Shown piece after piece: positions 25,453-38,334 of a stretch of 64,000 bases of DNA (its first letter is position 1; each line of letters starts with the position of its first letter). Made by a program: the position numbers and the translations under genes. This DNA comes from Antedon mediterranea (taxonomy: Eukaryota; Animalia; Echinodermata). The stretch spans positions 15,100,912-15,164,911 of the forward strand of contig NC_092675.1 of the NCBI RefSeq assembly GCF_964355755.1, given 5' to 3'. The notes beneath the pieces are model-generated. The model searched no databases. It worked only from the letters and a program-made list of their open reading frames with translations, and had not been told where the DNA came from.

Positions 25453-26039
25453 CTAACTTAAGAATATCTTTTTTTTTAAATTAATAACCAAGCATATAGG
25501 CCTATATAATCTAATAATTACTAATAACATAAGTCATTCAATTAAAATTGGTAAATGTATTTTCAGAGAGCTATTACCGGTATCTAATAGTAAGTCTGGT
25601 TTTAACTTTTGAAAACGTTTTATCGTGATAATTGTCGTATACGGTGCATGAAATGAAAAAGAAAAAAAAATGAATAAAAGTGGTTAAATCCCACTTCCGA
25701 AAAAGAAAAGATTCGAATACAACATGGGCATGTTTGTAAATTCATTTTTTGTTCGTGAAACTTGTAGAGATGTTTCAAAATGAAATTCTGGCGTAAAATT
25801 ATGATTTTCTAAAACTTATTAGTTTTGAACTTATTAGTTTTGGCCTCATTAAAACAAATTGTTGTGACGTCACGCATAAAAAAGCTTCTAAATAGTGACA
25901 TAAAGTAAACGTAAAACAGAAAAAAATGATGTATGATTGGTTCGGCTCCTACCTGGCCTTTAATAAGGAGTTTTTTTTTAGTTGAGTTTATTGTTTCAAT
26001 AAAATATACATTCATTCAGGCTTATCGCCTGACTTTATT

Positions 26040-26860
26040 TACTTTAGGCCTCTGGCCCCTAGTAATTAACAAAATAATAATTTCATTGAAAAATAAAGCA
26101 ATTTATGGTCACAAGATAAATGAATTAATTAATTTCGTTCTCTAAGCAAAACATATATCTTAACTTATAAGCATGATAAATATATTTAGATAGATTGTCA
26201 ATAATTATTGGATCCTGTGATGACATTAAACGGCAGAATTTAAAAGTATTTGGATTTTCAAAAAATAAAGAAGGTATAAATTTTTTCTGATTTCCTTGTA
26301 ACGAGAGCAAACTGTAACAAAATGATATTCATCTTCAACTTCATTTATATTACATATTTTACATAACCTATTGCTGCACTCTATTCTTTTCCATCTTCCC
26401 CTTTCTACCTCTAGTTGAAGTGTGCCCAGTCTTAGCTCGCTTATATCTAGTATCAAGGGTCTGTAGTAAGTATCCATCTACTCCGAAATTGTTTTTGAAC
26501 ATTTTATAGTATCTTAATTTTGAAGAAATATTTATGCTTTCAAGAAAGGATTGGCGTTCCATATCGGTTAGCCTTTCTTTTATTTTATTAACTATATAAA
26601 ATTTACCAAGGACATTATTTTGTGAAAACCATATGTTTCCATGACCAATAGAGCATAACATATGTTTTACATCGCTTACCCAACAATTACTATTATTTTG
26701 CGCTTTATGAAGTTGAGATTTATAACATTTCTTCGCATATTTGTCCTCGTTCATATTTACTAGTCTTACCCAATAACGGATAACATTGAGTACACACCTC
26801 AAATGTCATGCTTTCTAACCAAATTTGAAGTATCGACCCATTTTTTGGAGCTGAGGAACC
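26040..26860 (-). mobile_element. LINE 3' fragment (RTEX-like C-terminus with Zn-knuckle-like motif)
   Basis: RYWVRL...SSKLRYYKMFK...LRLGTLQLEVERGRW...RLCKICNINEVEDEYHFVTVC. Confidence 0.8.
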
Positions 26861-27109
26861 CCACTATTAGACCTTATATGTTGAAAATTATAAGTCGGAT
26901 TTTTATAATTCTTTATTTATTATAATATTTATACAAAATACTAACTTCTAATTTTGCATCTGTATCCCTAGTAGGTCCATGTGGCTCGGGTCACTAGGAC
27001 CTTAGGAAATAACGCGCCTACTCTGGAAATACAGTACTATAGTCGCACGTTGTAATACATGTCACATTACAAATGCCTATTACAAAGTGAAACGCGTAAT
27101 AAACATTTC

Positions 27110-29230
27110 ATTTCATTCATGAAAAAAAAAAATTATAAAACATAAATAAAATGCATAAAAGATGAAAAGGATCAACAACAAAAAGCTAAAAGCTTGTACA
27201 GGGTTAAAGACCTAACATAACTAAACAACTACGGTATAAAACAGCTAATACTATAATACGAAAATATACAATATATTAAAATATATATATAAAGTAACAT
27301 TGACATCAGCAGAAATTAAGATTTGTACTTATTAATTAGATTCAACTTATACAATTTTTTTTAAACATTAATGGATTTTGCATTTTGAATTGTCATATCT
27401 AAGTTGTTCCAGACATGAGGACCCGAAACAGCAATAATATGACTTGTAGAAACTAGTCTTCGAAGAGGAGGTCCTCCTTTCCTCTAGTATTATACTTATG
27501 TCCATTACCATCAGGTAAATTGTTAAGGTTTAAAAATCGTAAATCAGGATTATTCAACATTCGGAACATAAAAATGCCAATTTTGTAATTATGAATATCA
27601 TCAATTTTAAATACATTATGTATGTGGAAGATAGGCGTTGGTGCACGATAATCAGACCAATGTATTGCTCGTATTGCTTTTTTATGGAGTTTAACCAGTT
27701 TATCAGTGTAAGAAGCATATGAATTAAACCAAATAATATTACAATAGCTGATAAGAGGTTGCATAAGTGACCTATAGATTGAAAGGAGTGCACTTAAAGG
27801 AAGGTAGTGACGAATTTTGAAAAGTAAACTGACATATTTAGATATTTTTAAAGTAGTGAGATCAATGTGAGTTTTAAAATTAACAAATTCGTCAACAAAG
27901 ACTCCTAAAAACTTATAGTAATTTGTTTCGGATATAGATTTATCATCAATTTTAATGGATATATTATTAACATTAATTTTACTTCTTTTAGTTCTAAAAA
28001 TGATATATCTAGTCTTATCACAGTTAAAGAGAAAGTTTATTACACCAAAGCCAGAATTAACAATATCAATAAAAGTATTCAAATTGGGGTTTGATAAGAA
28101 CAGATTTGTATTTTCAACGAATAAAGTCATGTTTAAAATATTTGAAGAAATAAAAATATCATTTCTATATACATGATAACGAATAATGGCCCAAGAATAC
28201 TTCCTTGGGATATTCCATAATTACTAGTTGTGTGTTAAGAAGAAATTCTGTTAAAGTCTATAGATTGCATTCTTCCATATAATATAGTTTTTAAACCAAG
28301 ATAGTGCAGACCCCTAATACCATAGTATTCAAGTTTCCATAATAAAATCGAATGGTCAATCGTATCGAAAGCCTTATTCAGGTCAATGAATATTCCAATA
28401 GCAGTATCTCCTCTACCTAATGCAGCTTGTACTTTTTCAATAAGATTAAGTATAGCCATAAAAGTTGAACTTTGTTTTAAGAAACCCATATTGTTCTTTG
28501 TGGATGATTGCAAATTTACCTAAAAATGAATACAAATGGTTATAAACAATACGCTCTAAGATTTTTGATAGAGCAGATTAAATGGATATTTGACGATAAT
28601 TATTATTATATATTATATATATATATTATTATATTATGTTTTATCACCAGAAATATCCTTGCTATTTTTTGCTTAGCTCAGGTACAACATCACTTTCAAG
28701 TGATAAATTAAAGATGTATGATAAAGGTGACGTACATATTGAATAATATATTTAAGTAATTTACTGCTAATTTCATCAATGCCTTCAGAGTTAGATGGTT
28801 TCATTTAATTAACAATAGAAATAATTTCTAAATCATCAGTGGGCTTAAAATAAATTGAATTTGGAAAATTGCTATTAAGGTATTGCTTATAGTTTTCACT
28901 TACAGGCAAGACAATATTTTTGGCAAGAGTTTCTCCTACTTCATTTGCTTTGCGTCATTATAAGCATTAAATAAAATACGAGAATAATAATTACGTTTAC
29001 TAATTCTGATGAGATTAGTAAGCATATTTCTATATTTCCTAAATTTTGATATTTAATTGTGTAGGGATATTAAATGATTTTATATAATACATTTTTTTTT
29101 ATTGATTGTGTTTTGGTTTAGGTGTTTTAGATGGAATAGTTTGTTCAATCGTATGTGGGATTTCTTTAATAAACATATTATTAGTTTCATTTGAATTGTA
29201 AAGTGGATTCCAATTAATTTGCAACATTCT
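27110..29230 (-). mobile_element. Degenerate L2/CR1-group LINE (RT region)
   Basis: GIFIDLNKAFDTIDHSILLWKLEYYGIRG, YKFLGVFVDE, IYRSLMQPLISYCNIIW. Confidence 0.88.
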
Positions 29231-29263
29231 TAAAGGTTATAAAATACCGTAATCAATTTAAAC

Positions 29264-29450
29264 AGCCTATTACAAAGTGCAACAACAGTTATTACAAAGT
29301 GTGACACTTTTGTTACAAAGTGCAACAGGTATTACAAAGTGCGACGATTATTACAGAGAGTGCGACAGCAGTTATTACAGAGTGCGACAGCTTTCGTTAT
29401 CAACGAACGTGCGGTAGGTTATTACAAAAGTGTGACAGTTTTGTTACAAT
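29264..29450. repeat. tattacaaagtgcgaca repeat cluster (MITE arm; other part at ~27036-27100, split by the LINE)
   Basis: About 7 copies of the motif, and the same cctattacaaagtg motif at ~27077. Confidence 0.6.
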
Positions 29451-30329
29451 CTTTGTAAAAGCATTTTACGCCGAATTTACCGTGTATTTAAGAACCAACT
29501 AGTTCAATTCAATTGTTTAAAACTGTTTATATTTTGATATTCCTTTAGTCGTGGTAGACTCACAGGACATTCTTTTAATAAAATAGGTAAAAATACTCCA
29601 ATAATAATCTAATCCACCGTTAAAACAATATAATATGTTAAACAGGTCTATACTTAACCATTATTCAGAACTAAGCACATTTTTTATATAAAAAAACATC
29701 TTTTAAGATGTTTCTGTCTATTTATTTATAAAAAATAAAGATCTGGGACATACAGATCCGTGTGGTAGAGTATGAATGGTTTCCGTTGAAACTTAGACGT
29801 AGCTGCAGGAGATCTAAGTGAACAAAGGTAATTCACTGTTATTGTGAAATAATGGACGAGCATGATCATTTCTAATCGGAGAAATCCAATCAGAAAAACA
29901 TAATTAATGAAGACGTATTTATCAATTTGTAGATAATATCATGATATAAATAACACACAGGAATTAAGCTGTGAAAACAAAATATTGTATATATAATGAA
30001 TTCAGTAATATGTACTCTAAAGCACTATACATTCAGTTTTTTCACTTGTTATGCCAAGCAAAGTAAACATTCTTTAAGTCATTTTAGCCAACCAGGTGCA
30101 GCTCACGTAATTGACCGTGACGTGAATTATAGTGCTGTTTCAGAGTATGAGAAGCTCTCTGGTTTACACTGCGGCTCGACTCGCACAGGTCTTCATCGTG
30201 TTAAATTCGTGAAGAACGTTCGATATGTAAAACTATGCTTTGTCTTTGTGATATTTCAGTTGATCATAAACTTAACCAGGTAGGCCTACATTATTAAGGT
30301 AACAATATCCTTAAAAAATATCGTGCAAG

Positions 30330-31403
30330 ATGGAGCCATTGGCAGTAGGCCTATATCTTCTCGAGCAGATAAATATAACTCGGCAAAACAGAGATGACTT
30401 TGTTTATTCGTCTGCTGAGCGAGTTATACTTATTGGAATAATACCATTTATAGTTTGTTTTGGTGTCATCAGTAATATTGGAGTTATAACCATGTTCTTA
30501 AAATTAAAATCAATGAGAACAATTCCAAATGTCTATCTACTTTGTCTAGCAGTAGCTGACATGATGTTTTTGCTGAACGCACCGCTACTATATTGGATAG
30601 AATATGCAAATAGTCCAATACAAGGCGATAGTTCATCAATAACTATAAGTTTCTGCACATTCAACACATTTATAGTAGATACTGCATATGCAGTTTCATG
30701 TTTAACTATAGCTATGGCAACCGTTTGGTGTTATATTGCTATTTGCCATCCATTCTTCTTTATGACGTTTTCTCGTAATAAGGCGATTGGACATTGTCTT
30801 ATCCTTTGGTTTGTTGTTGCGGCATTCAACACGAGTCGTATATTCTATATGAGAATGTTCGAATATCAGCTTATCTGGAATGAAACAGATGAATTCGAAA
30901 ACGTAACTGAAACCATTGTAACTGAAATTACAAGTTGTAAATACTGTGAAAGTTGTTCAATTATGACTGTCTACATTATAGAGCAATTTATTTTACTTTC
31001 TGTCGCGTTAATTCTTATTATTTTATATACACGTGTCATAATTCATATGCGAAACTTAAGCGTTCGAAGAAACGAAATAATATCTTGTGATGTGTCTCAT
31101 TTTACTTCTGCTAAAAAGAAATTAGTACGAATGGTGTTAATAACCGTGTTTACATACATATTATGCATCTGGCCATTTCGACTCTTAAGTCTTATTTCAG
31201 ATATTTCCGACGTTCAAATCGGTCACAATTCAGTAATTGTCGGAATTGCCAGAGTCTTTACGTATATTAATTCATCTATTAACCCGTTGATATACAGCGT
31301 AACGCACGAAAAGTACCGGAGGGCAATGTTGATGGTTATACGATGTGAAAATGAAGCTGCTCGCCCATTGAGACGTCATAGTACGCGACAAACGGCTATC
31401 TAA
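30330..31403 (+). CDS. Single-exon rhodopsin-like (class A) GPCR, peptide-receptor-like orphan, 357 aa
   Basis: Seven hydrophobic segments. TM1 GVISN, ICL1 MRTIPNVYL, TM2 LAVAD, TM3 end WCYIAICHPF, TM6 YILCIWPF, TM7 NSSINPLIY, helix 8 EKYRRAM. Confidence 0.92.
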   Translation: MEPLAVGLYLLEQINITRQNRDDFVYSSAERVILIGIIPFIVCFGVISNIGVITMFLKLKSMRTIPNVYLLCLAVADMMFLLNAPLLYWIEYANSPIQGDSSSITISFCTFNTFIVDTAYAVSCLTIAMATVWCYIAICHPFFFMTFSRNKAIGHCLILWFVVAAFNTSRIFYMRMFEYQLIWNETDEFENVTETIVTEITSCKYCESCSIMTVYIIEQFILLSVALILIILYTRVIIHMRNLSVRRNEIISCDVSHFTSAKKKLVRMVLITVFTYILCIWPFRLLSLISDISDVQIGHNSVIVGIARVFTYINSSINPLIYSVTHEKYRRAMLMVIRCENEAARPLRRHSTRQTAI

Positions 31404-32467
31404 TTATTTCAAAGAATATTATTGTTTTATTTGAAATAAAAACGGACAACATGACAATTTAAAAAAAATCCTTTCTAATTGGAAAACAAACAAACTTCCA
31501 GTGGTTGAGCCGCCAAATGTATATTCCATAATATTCTGCAGCTGTTACAAACATCTATGTGTGCAAAAAGAAAGCCATTTATATGTTTCAAGATAGTAAC
31601 AATATGCCTATATAAGCAAATATTGATAAATGCCAGCCCAGGGAAGATTTAATGAAACAACGACGGTAAACTGGTGTCTACGTTTCACATTGCATTCACA
31701 TTTGTTTACAAGTTGACATTTTTATTTGTTTATTAAATAAATCATTCTGAATTTTGGTGCTCATAGATTTATGTGGATGCACACAATGTTGTTATTCTAG
31801 TGTTTTAAAGTACGGTACAGTATGTAACAGGGACAAAATATACTTTGTTCACTAATCAGTTTCTCTATTTGCCAGAAAGTATGCAGCATAGACTAACCAT
31901 TGTAATTTCAATTTGACTTCTGGCTACTGTTGCCAACTATTCCCATAGAGATTGCTATGTTGACATTACCTACATATTTACACTATAATGAGCAACTTAA
32001 TTTCCTGAAACGAATCGATTAAACATGTTAATGTATATCATCTTGTTACTGGTATCCGATAAATGACCAAAACATTAATAATGAACAGTGATTTTGTTTT
32101 ATTATGAAAGAGTTAAAAAACACAAAAACCCCTCCCCCATTTAAAACCTAATAAAGGACCCGGGCGCTATTCGAATTAATACTGTAAAGTAATTTTTAGG
32201 CCTATATATTATTAAATACAGAAAAATCTTTGATATTTGAATGCTAAGAAATTGCAATTGCTTGCATGTAAACAGAAATCGAAATGGTTTTCGGTTGCAC
32301 CCTTACGTTTTTGGGGTTTAATATTAGCACTGGTCAACCGGCCAATTTCAAGTAAAAATCTGCGAAGCCTGGAGTTTCCCTTTTTTATAATGCTAAACAC
32401 ACACACCGCATCATGTGTAGTTTTTGAAAGTGCAAAGTAACTTTACAAACGTAACATTTTAAGCTGT

Positions 32468-33125
32468 CTATAATGGATAGGTTGAGGTCTACGGGTTTTT
32501 TTTTCTTCAGAAAACCGTCTCAAAGTGCAGTGTCGTGTCGCGCTACCACCAAATAAAACGACCCTCATTCTTCTGGATGGTAACGACAGGTAATGAGCAC
32601 GCCGGAGTAACCTTATCTAAAAGTAACCTTATCTTAAAATTAACTTCTAAGTTTGATTGTGATCTTGTTTCGTTGTTTTATTGTAATGTTCCTGTTCGTA
32701 ATCTTCGTAGTAAACCCTTTCTTCATGTTAAATTTTCTCGTGTCAATGTTTGTAAAAATGGTATTTTCTGTAGACTCTCGTCATTGTACAATTCTTGTCT
32801 TTTAAAAAATAATTCTTTAGATATTTTTAACTGTAATTTTTCTCAATTTAAATGTATTATTAATGAAATTATTTAAATTTTCTTTTTCATTTGTATATAT
32901 TTATATTGGCTCATATTTTATAGTTTAGTTTTTATTTTCAACCTGTTATTGGTGTTTTACACTGTTGGTTTGATATATATAAATATATACAAAAAAAAAA
33001 AAAAAAAAAAAAAAAAAAGGTGCACCCGAGGCAGATGTGCAGATTATACTTCCAGTAAGTCCGATCCGAGAAGACGTTTTCTTCCTACTGAGCTAAGCCT
33101 AACGGTCGAGGGCTTGAACCCGTGC
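32468..33125 (-). mobile_element. Probable tRNA-SINE split by a LINE insertion
   Basis: Minus-strand B-box-like gggttcaagccc at ~33111-33122 and GC-rich body on both sides of the LINE piece. Not present in duplication copy 1. Confidence 0.45.
32625..33018 (+). mobile_element. LINE 3' end with poly(A) tail
   Basis: FDCDLVSLFYCNVPVRNLRSKPF...RLSSLYN...LDIFN CR1/Jockey-like C-terminus followed by a ~27-nt A run. Confidence 0.75.
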
Positions 33126-34253
33126 TGATTGTATGGCTATGGTTTGCGGAAACGTGTCTGTGTTTGTTGATAATGTAAAAAGACATTATAGCGATAACTA
33201 TGAACTGCAGACTGCAGCTCTTCATGGACCGACCGCTAAGTTTTCTACAAACAAACGTACGGTCCACATGTCAAAAATTCCTTTTTGCATGAGAGCTGAC
33301 AATACTGGTGAGAAGATATTAAATGAAATATGTCTATGCTATTGCAAAATAAAAAACTAACTTATAATATAGCAGTGAATTCATTATAACTCCTATAATG
33401 AAAGCTGCTTCACAGCAGTACAACTTAATAGCCAACTGGGACAAAGCATGTACAGTTACAATACTAATGTAGGTCTCTGTACTTATAGGTTCCCCTGCAC
33501 CGCAACCAAGCCCCTCCCCTCCCCTATCTGCTGGAAGATGCTGTTAGAAGATACCTAGTGTTACATTTCTTATTTTGTGTTTTTATTTTCCTTCTCGCGT
33601 CAGGCATGTGAACACCCTGTCGGTTTTAATTTTGTTTTTCCAGAAAGTAACTATATATAGGCCTACTATACATAACAAAAAGTATGTTTTATTTGGATTA
33701 ACAAGCATATTACGTTAAATGATCACTATTTTTCAAACATTGGATTGGATCAGGTTTTGTTAAAATTAAGAATATTATTATTGGTTTGTTATAAATTTCA
33801 ACCGGCAAAATAAAAAAGCGGGCCAAACTAACTTAAAATATCTTCTTTTTTTTAAATTAAGAACCAAGCATATATATAATCTAATAATTACTAATAACAT
33901 AAGTCATTCAGAATTCAATTAAAATTGGTAAATGTATTTTTAGAGAGCTATTACCGGTAAGCCTGGTTTTAACTTTTGAAAACGTGTTATCGTGATAATT
34001 GTCGCGTAAGGTGGGTGCATGAAATGAAAAAGAAAAAAAGAATGAATAAAAGTGGGTAAAAAATTGGAGATGTTTTTAAAATGAAATTCTGGCATTAAAT
34101 TATGATTTTCCAAAACTAGTTTTGGCCTCATTAAAACAAATTGTTGTGACGTCACGCATAAAAAAAGCTTCTAATTAGTGACAGAAAGCCTATATAAACA
34201 GAAAAAATAATGTATGATCAATAGAAATTGTTTGGCTCCCATCTGGCCTTTAA

Positions 34254-34395
34254 AGCTCAGGTACAGGCATGAATTTTAAATATATCTGGTTAATTAAAAA
34301 ATAAAATCCCAAAAATTATAAAACATAGGGGAAACTATAGGTTGATAATTATTGGAATGTATGATCAATAGAAATGTTTTGCCCGCACCTGGCCT
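34254..34395. mobile_element. Kolobok-like MITE (TTAA TSD)
   Basis: ttaa|AGCTCAGGT...ACCTGGCCT|ttaa. The paralogous site (~25960) has a single TTAA. An inverted copy lies at 51346-53052. Confidence 0.8.
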
Positions 34396-35431
34396 TTAAT
34401 AAGGATTTTTTTTTAGTTGAGTTTATTGTTTCAATACAATATAATACAGAACATAAATTAATAGATATAATTGTTTGTGGAGGACGGAAGCCAAGGCTTT
34501 AAATTTAGTCCCCCAAATAAATATATATATATATATATATTATATATATTATATATATAATTAAATTTCAGTATATCACCGGGCGGTTTAGAATTAATGT
34601 TCTTTGCCTACTGTGTTTATATATATATATCATATATAAATCATTGATTAGGGCAACGCGTCAGAGATAATTTCAATTCTCATAGAAATACACAATTATT
34701 TTCCATAAGTATTGTAGGCCTACTCATCTCACTTTGTGTATTACATACTTAACTGTTCACACTAATAAAGTGGCATACCTATTTTAAAACAATCATTCGC
34801 CTATTGTATAATTGGCTTAAGTTAGGATACATGAGAAAAATCACAATAAACATAATATTTTACTTGTTTATTCTCTTCCAGCATTATCTAAACATTTATT
34901 ACTTGGTAGAATATGGCCAATAATACATTGAAACATCCAATAGTACACTAGGCTATAAACAATATTGTAGCTGCATTGTAAACATGCAATGCATTTAACA
35001 TTATTAGTGGTATGTTCCCTTAAAGTAATTAATAAAAGTGTTTTACAATATGAACAAAACTGCTTTGAAATTGACACGATATTGATATTATATAAAGTAT
35101 TTTATCATTATTGTTATCTTTAAAAGTATTTTATCATTATCGTTATCGACACACTAGTAGCAACTAAATATCTTGTATGCCGATAGTCATATTTACGTTG
35201 CATTATACCAATTGTATTTAAAAGGATACTATAAATAAACAAAGAAAACAAAAAATAATTGTACAAAATTCAATTCAGTACTATCGCATTAATTCCTAAA
35301 CAAATCAATCTCAACAAATTGAGATTTATATATTGCTTGCAGAAATGTTGAATAACTGTACAAAAATATGTTCTCTGTGGTAATTTTCTTAAGAAATACC
35401 ATTATAGAGACCTACTACTAAATGGCTTACA

Positions 35432-35587
35432 TTAAAGTTCTGTATGTTCAGGGTGTAATGGCTCGTTTTCATTAATACTAATTTGTGTTTTACATAAGGC
35501 TGGAGTGGTAAATTCAAACTGATAGACACAGCGTTCTGGTTCAGTCGCTGATAAAACTGCATTCTCTTTACCACACGTCATCTTCAC
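35432..35587 (-). CDS. PRKCSH: Glucosidase II subunit beta, terminal coding exon
   Basis: ttacag|VKMTCGKENAVLSATEPERCVYQFEFTTPALCKTQISINENEPLHPEHTEL*. End of the MRH domain plus ER-retrieval HTEL. Not in the ORF track frame. Confidence 0.93.
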   Translation of the reverse strand: MKMTCGKENAVLSATEPERCVYQFEFTTPALCKTQISINENEPLHPEHTEL

Positions 35588-37359
35588 CTGTAAGAAAATT
35601 TATAAACAATACAATCTCAATAGAGTTATGAAAACCAGAAACAAGACAAGGCAGGTTAAAGTTTTGGTACTAGTTAACTTTAACTCTATTTGCCCCGCAC
35701 AAACAAATCGATCAGCGTGTGCACAAGTATTAAATAACCTTAGTCGAGACGTCAAGATCTTATTTCTGAAAAATCATGAAAAATAAAGATTTATAATATC
35801 AGACTTTGAAAGACCATCGTGCAATTTAATTGAAGTTATTCACTTTAATTGAGAAAAATAACAAAAATATGATTTCACTTATAAAAGGACAAAATAAACA
35901 GTCACATTTTACAAAAAACTGATATTTTCAGGTAAATAATTTTTTTTCCCGATCCAATTTTTTGTCAAAGTGAATAACTATTATGTGGCAATAAAATGGT
36001 CAAAGCAAAGTTAAATATAACAAGTATATGCTAACGTAACTTAGCTGAACTACGCTGTTATGCTAATGAGTAGAATGTTGAAGTCATCCATTAAAGTTAA
36101 CATTTACATGCTCGTGCTAAAGCTCCCTACAATCGGCTATATAACTTATTCAATATAATGAAATTTAAACTGATCATAATTACAGAGAATTTATTTATGT
36201 TCAATGACAACTAACCTTTTATTAAAATTATAATTAATAAAACAGTTTGTTAAAAATAGTGTGTAAAACAGCCCAGTTTCTTTTAACATCAATATACAGC
36301 TGCTATATGATATTGACACCTTTCAACAGTTTTTAAGATATAAATATTTTTGTGTAAAACAGCCCAGTTTCTTTTCATATCAAATATACAGCTGTTATGA
36401 TATTGACACTATACAAATAAACAACATACTTTTACCAGTTTTAGATACCTGCAATCATGTTTGGTATTTATAAAATCAACAGACATTAGGCTGTACCAGT
36501 AGGGAAACGTAATACAAAATCAACAGAAATCTGTTTTCATTAGATTATAGGCGAGAATTTAAAGAATATTAGATCATTCTTAATTTAAACAGCAGTACAG
36601 CTTGAAATGGTAAAATATCGGCAAGGTGTTTCTGTGTAGGTATCTATATATAAATTTATGTAAATCGCGCGTTACTTTTTACTTGATGGTATATAAAGTT
36701 GGTTCATACTTTCGGTACAGATTTTAACCACACGATGTAATCCTGTTTACTAATTAATTGAGTTAGATAATTAGTTATTGACAATTAAAACAAATTTAGG
36801 TTCAACGATTTGCCCCGATCGTAGTATACACTGTCTAATTGAAAAATACTCGCACACAATAATACAAGGATGCTTCGCATTTACAGTACCTATCTCCTGC
36901 TATGATAGACCAAGTACAGCATTATACTGTTAAAAAAATACTATTTTGATAGATTCCAATATAACTATTTGGTTATTAAACACAAGTAGCTGTAGGTAAA
37001 TTTATGGCCCTTGACAGTGACAGTTTTCAACAAAGTATAGACGATAAATGATATATATTAAATGTTCTAATGTTAAAAATATTTCATCATGGTGGAGTCA
37101 GGTGGAAATTCATAGAAATTCATAATTTGTACAATATATTATTATCAGATCTATAATAAAATGCTTTCCTGCAAATAAACTGGTACTACTGGTAAAAGGT
37201 AATTTCTTGGCCATTCAAAACATTCCTTAGAATAATATCAGGCCATATCATTATCATTATTAATAGTTGAAACAAGTGGCGCTGTTTATCAGCGACGCGG
37301 GACGTTCAATTTGCTCTTCTAACATCTTTATTTTATCATTTTTATTGTAGTTTGTATTA

Positions 37360-37929
37360 CTAGAGGGTGAGCTCTCTTCTCTCGCTCCCCCTCTAGGAAG
37401 TGTAGACGATGGTTCTCAGAATGATACTGTTCTCCTTGTACGTTTTCTGTCGGTTACCATTATTTAAAATGCTTGACATTCATAGAACTAAACTACTCTG
37501 TTTCACAGTGTCTTAGATGATTAATTACCTTTTAAAGTATAGTGTTTATTGTTTGTTAGGGCCCTTAAAGGGCGGAGGTGGGGAGGCGGAGTTCATTTGA
37601 GGGAGGTGCTTATTCCAGGGATAAGTTAAATTTTTTAGTTTTAATAATATGGTAAAATTTATAATCAAATGAAATCCTCTAATAGATATGAAAAGTGGTA
37701 AAAAAGAATAACAAATGCTTGATAAATTCTACTACAAATACTATAGTTGTGTTATTATAAATGTGGATTATTAATCAAAGTGATGTTTTATTGGAGAGGC
37801 GTTTATTCAAATAAATACCATCCTAATAATTAATACATTATTTATTAACATATTTTGAAACTAACTTCCGTGACGGCCCAAGAAAGAAGACATTACGGCT
37901 TACAACATGGGCAGACATCTCGGTCCTAA
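37360..37929 (-). mobile_element. Helitron copy 2, 3' part
   Basis: Colinear with 10375-10987, including the terminal hairpin and CTAG. Confidence 0.85.
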
Positions 37930-38334
37930 TTGTATAAAGAGGGTGGCATGAAACTACAGACCCATTGTCTTTGTTGTAACTTTTGGGTCAAAGGTCAGTA
38001 AAAGTATTTCTGGTAATTTTTTTCGCTAAAAGTTGTGTTAGACCGAATATAAATATGTATATTCTGAACAATTTGACACCAAAAGAACACTTAAATTATT
38101 TAATATTATAAATAAACCAAAAATAAATTTACACTATCTAGTATACATATTTTTGTCAAAAATAATTTATTTTTTTTATTTTTTTTTAAACAAAACTAGC
38201 ATCATAATTACAGATTTTTAATACAAGTTGGGAAGAAATGGATAGTATTTTATGGGCTTTCATTTGATACCAAACAGTTCTTCCAAACACTTGAATTATT
38301 TAATATTATATAAATAAACATTACATAAATAGAA

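Larger units (their letters stand above)
21195..26010 (+). repeat. Segmental duplication, copy 1 (GPCR pseudogene unit)
   Basis: Colinear with ~29936-34443 from atcatgatataaataacacacagg to gttgagtttattgtttcaata, apart from copy-specific insertions. Confidence 0.9.
29936..34443 (+). repeat. Segmental duplication, copy 2 (intact GPCR unit)
   Basis: Colinear with 21195-26010. Confidence 0.9.

Noticed and set aside
35432-35446. HTEL as an unusual ER-retrieval signal
   Set aside because: HTEL is a known functional KDEL/HDEL variant.
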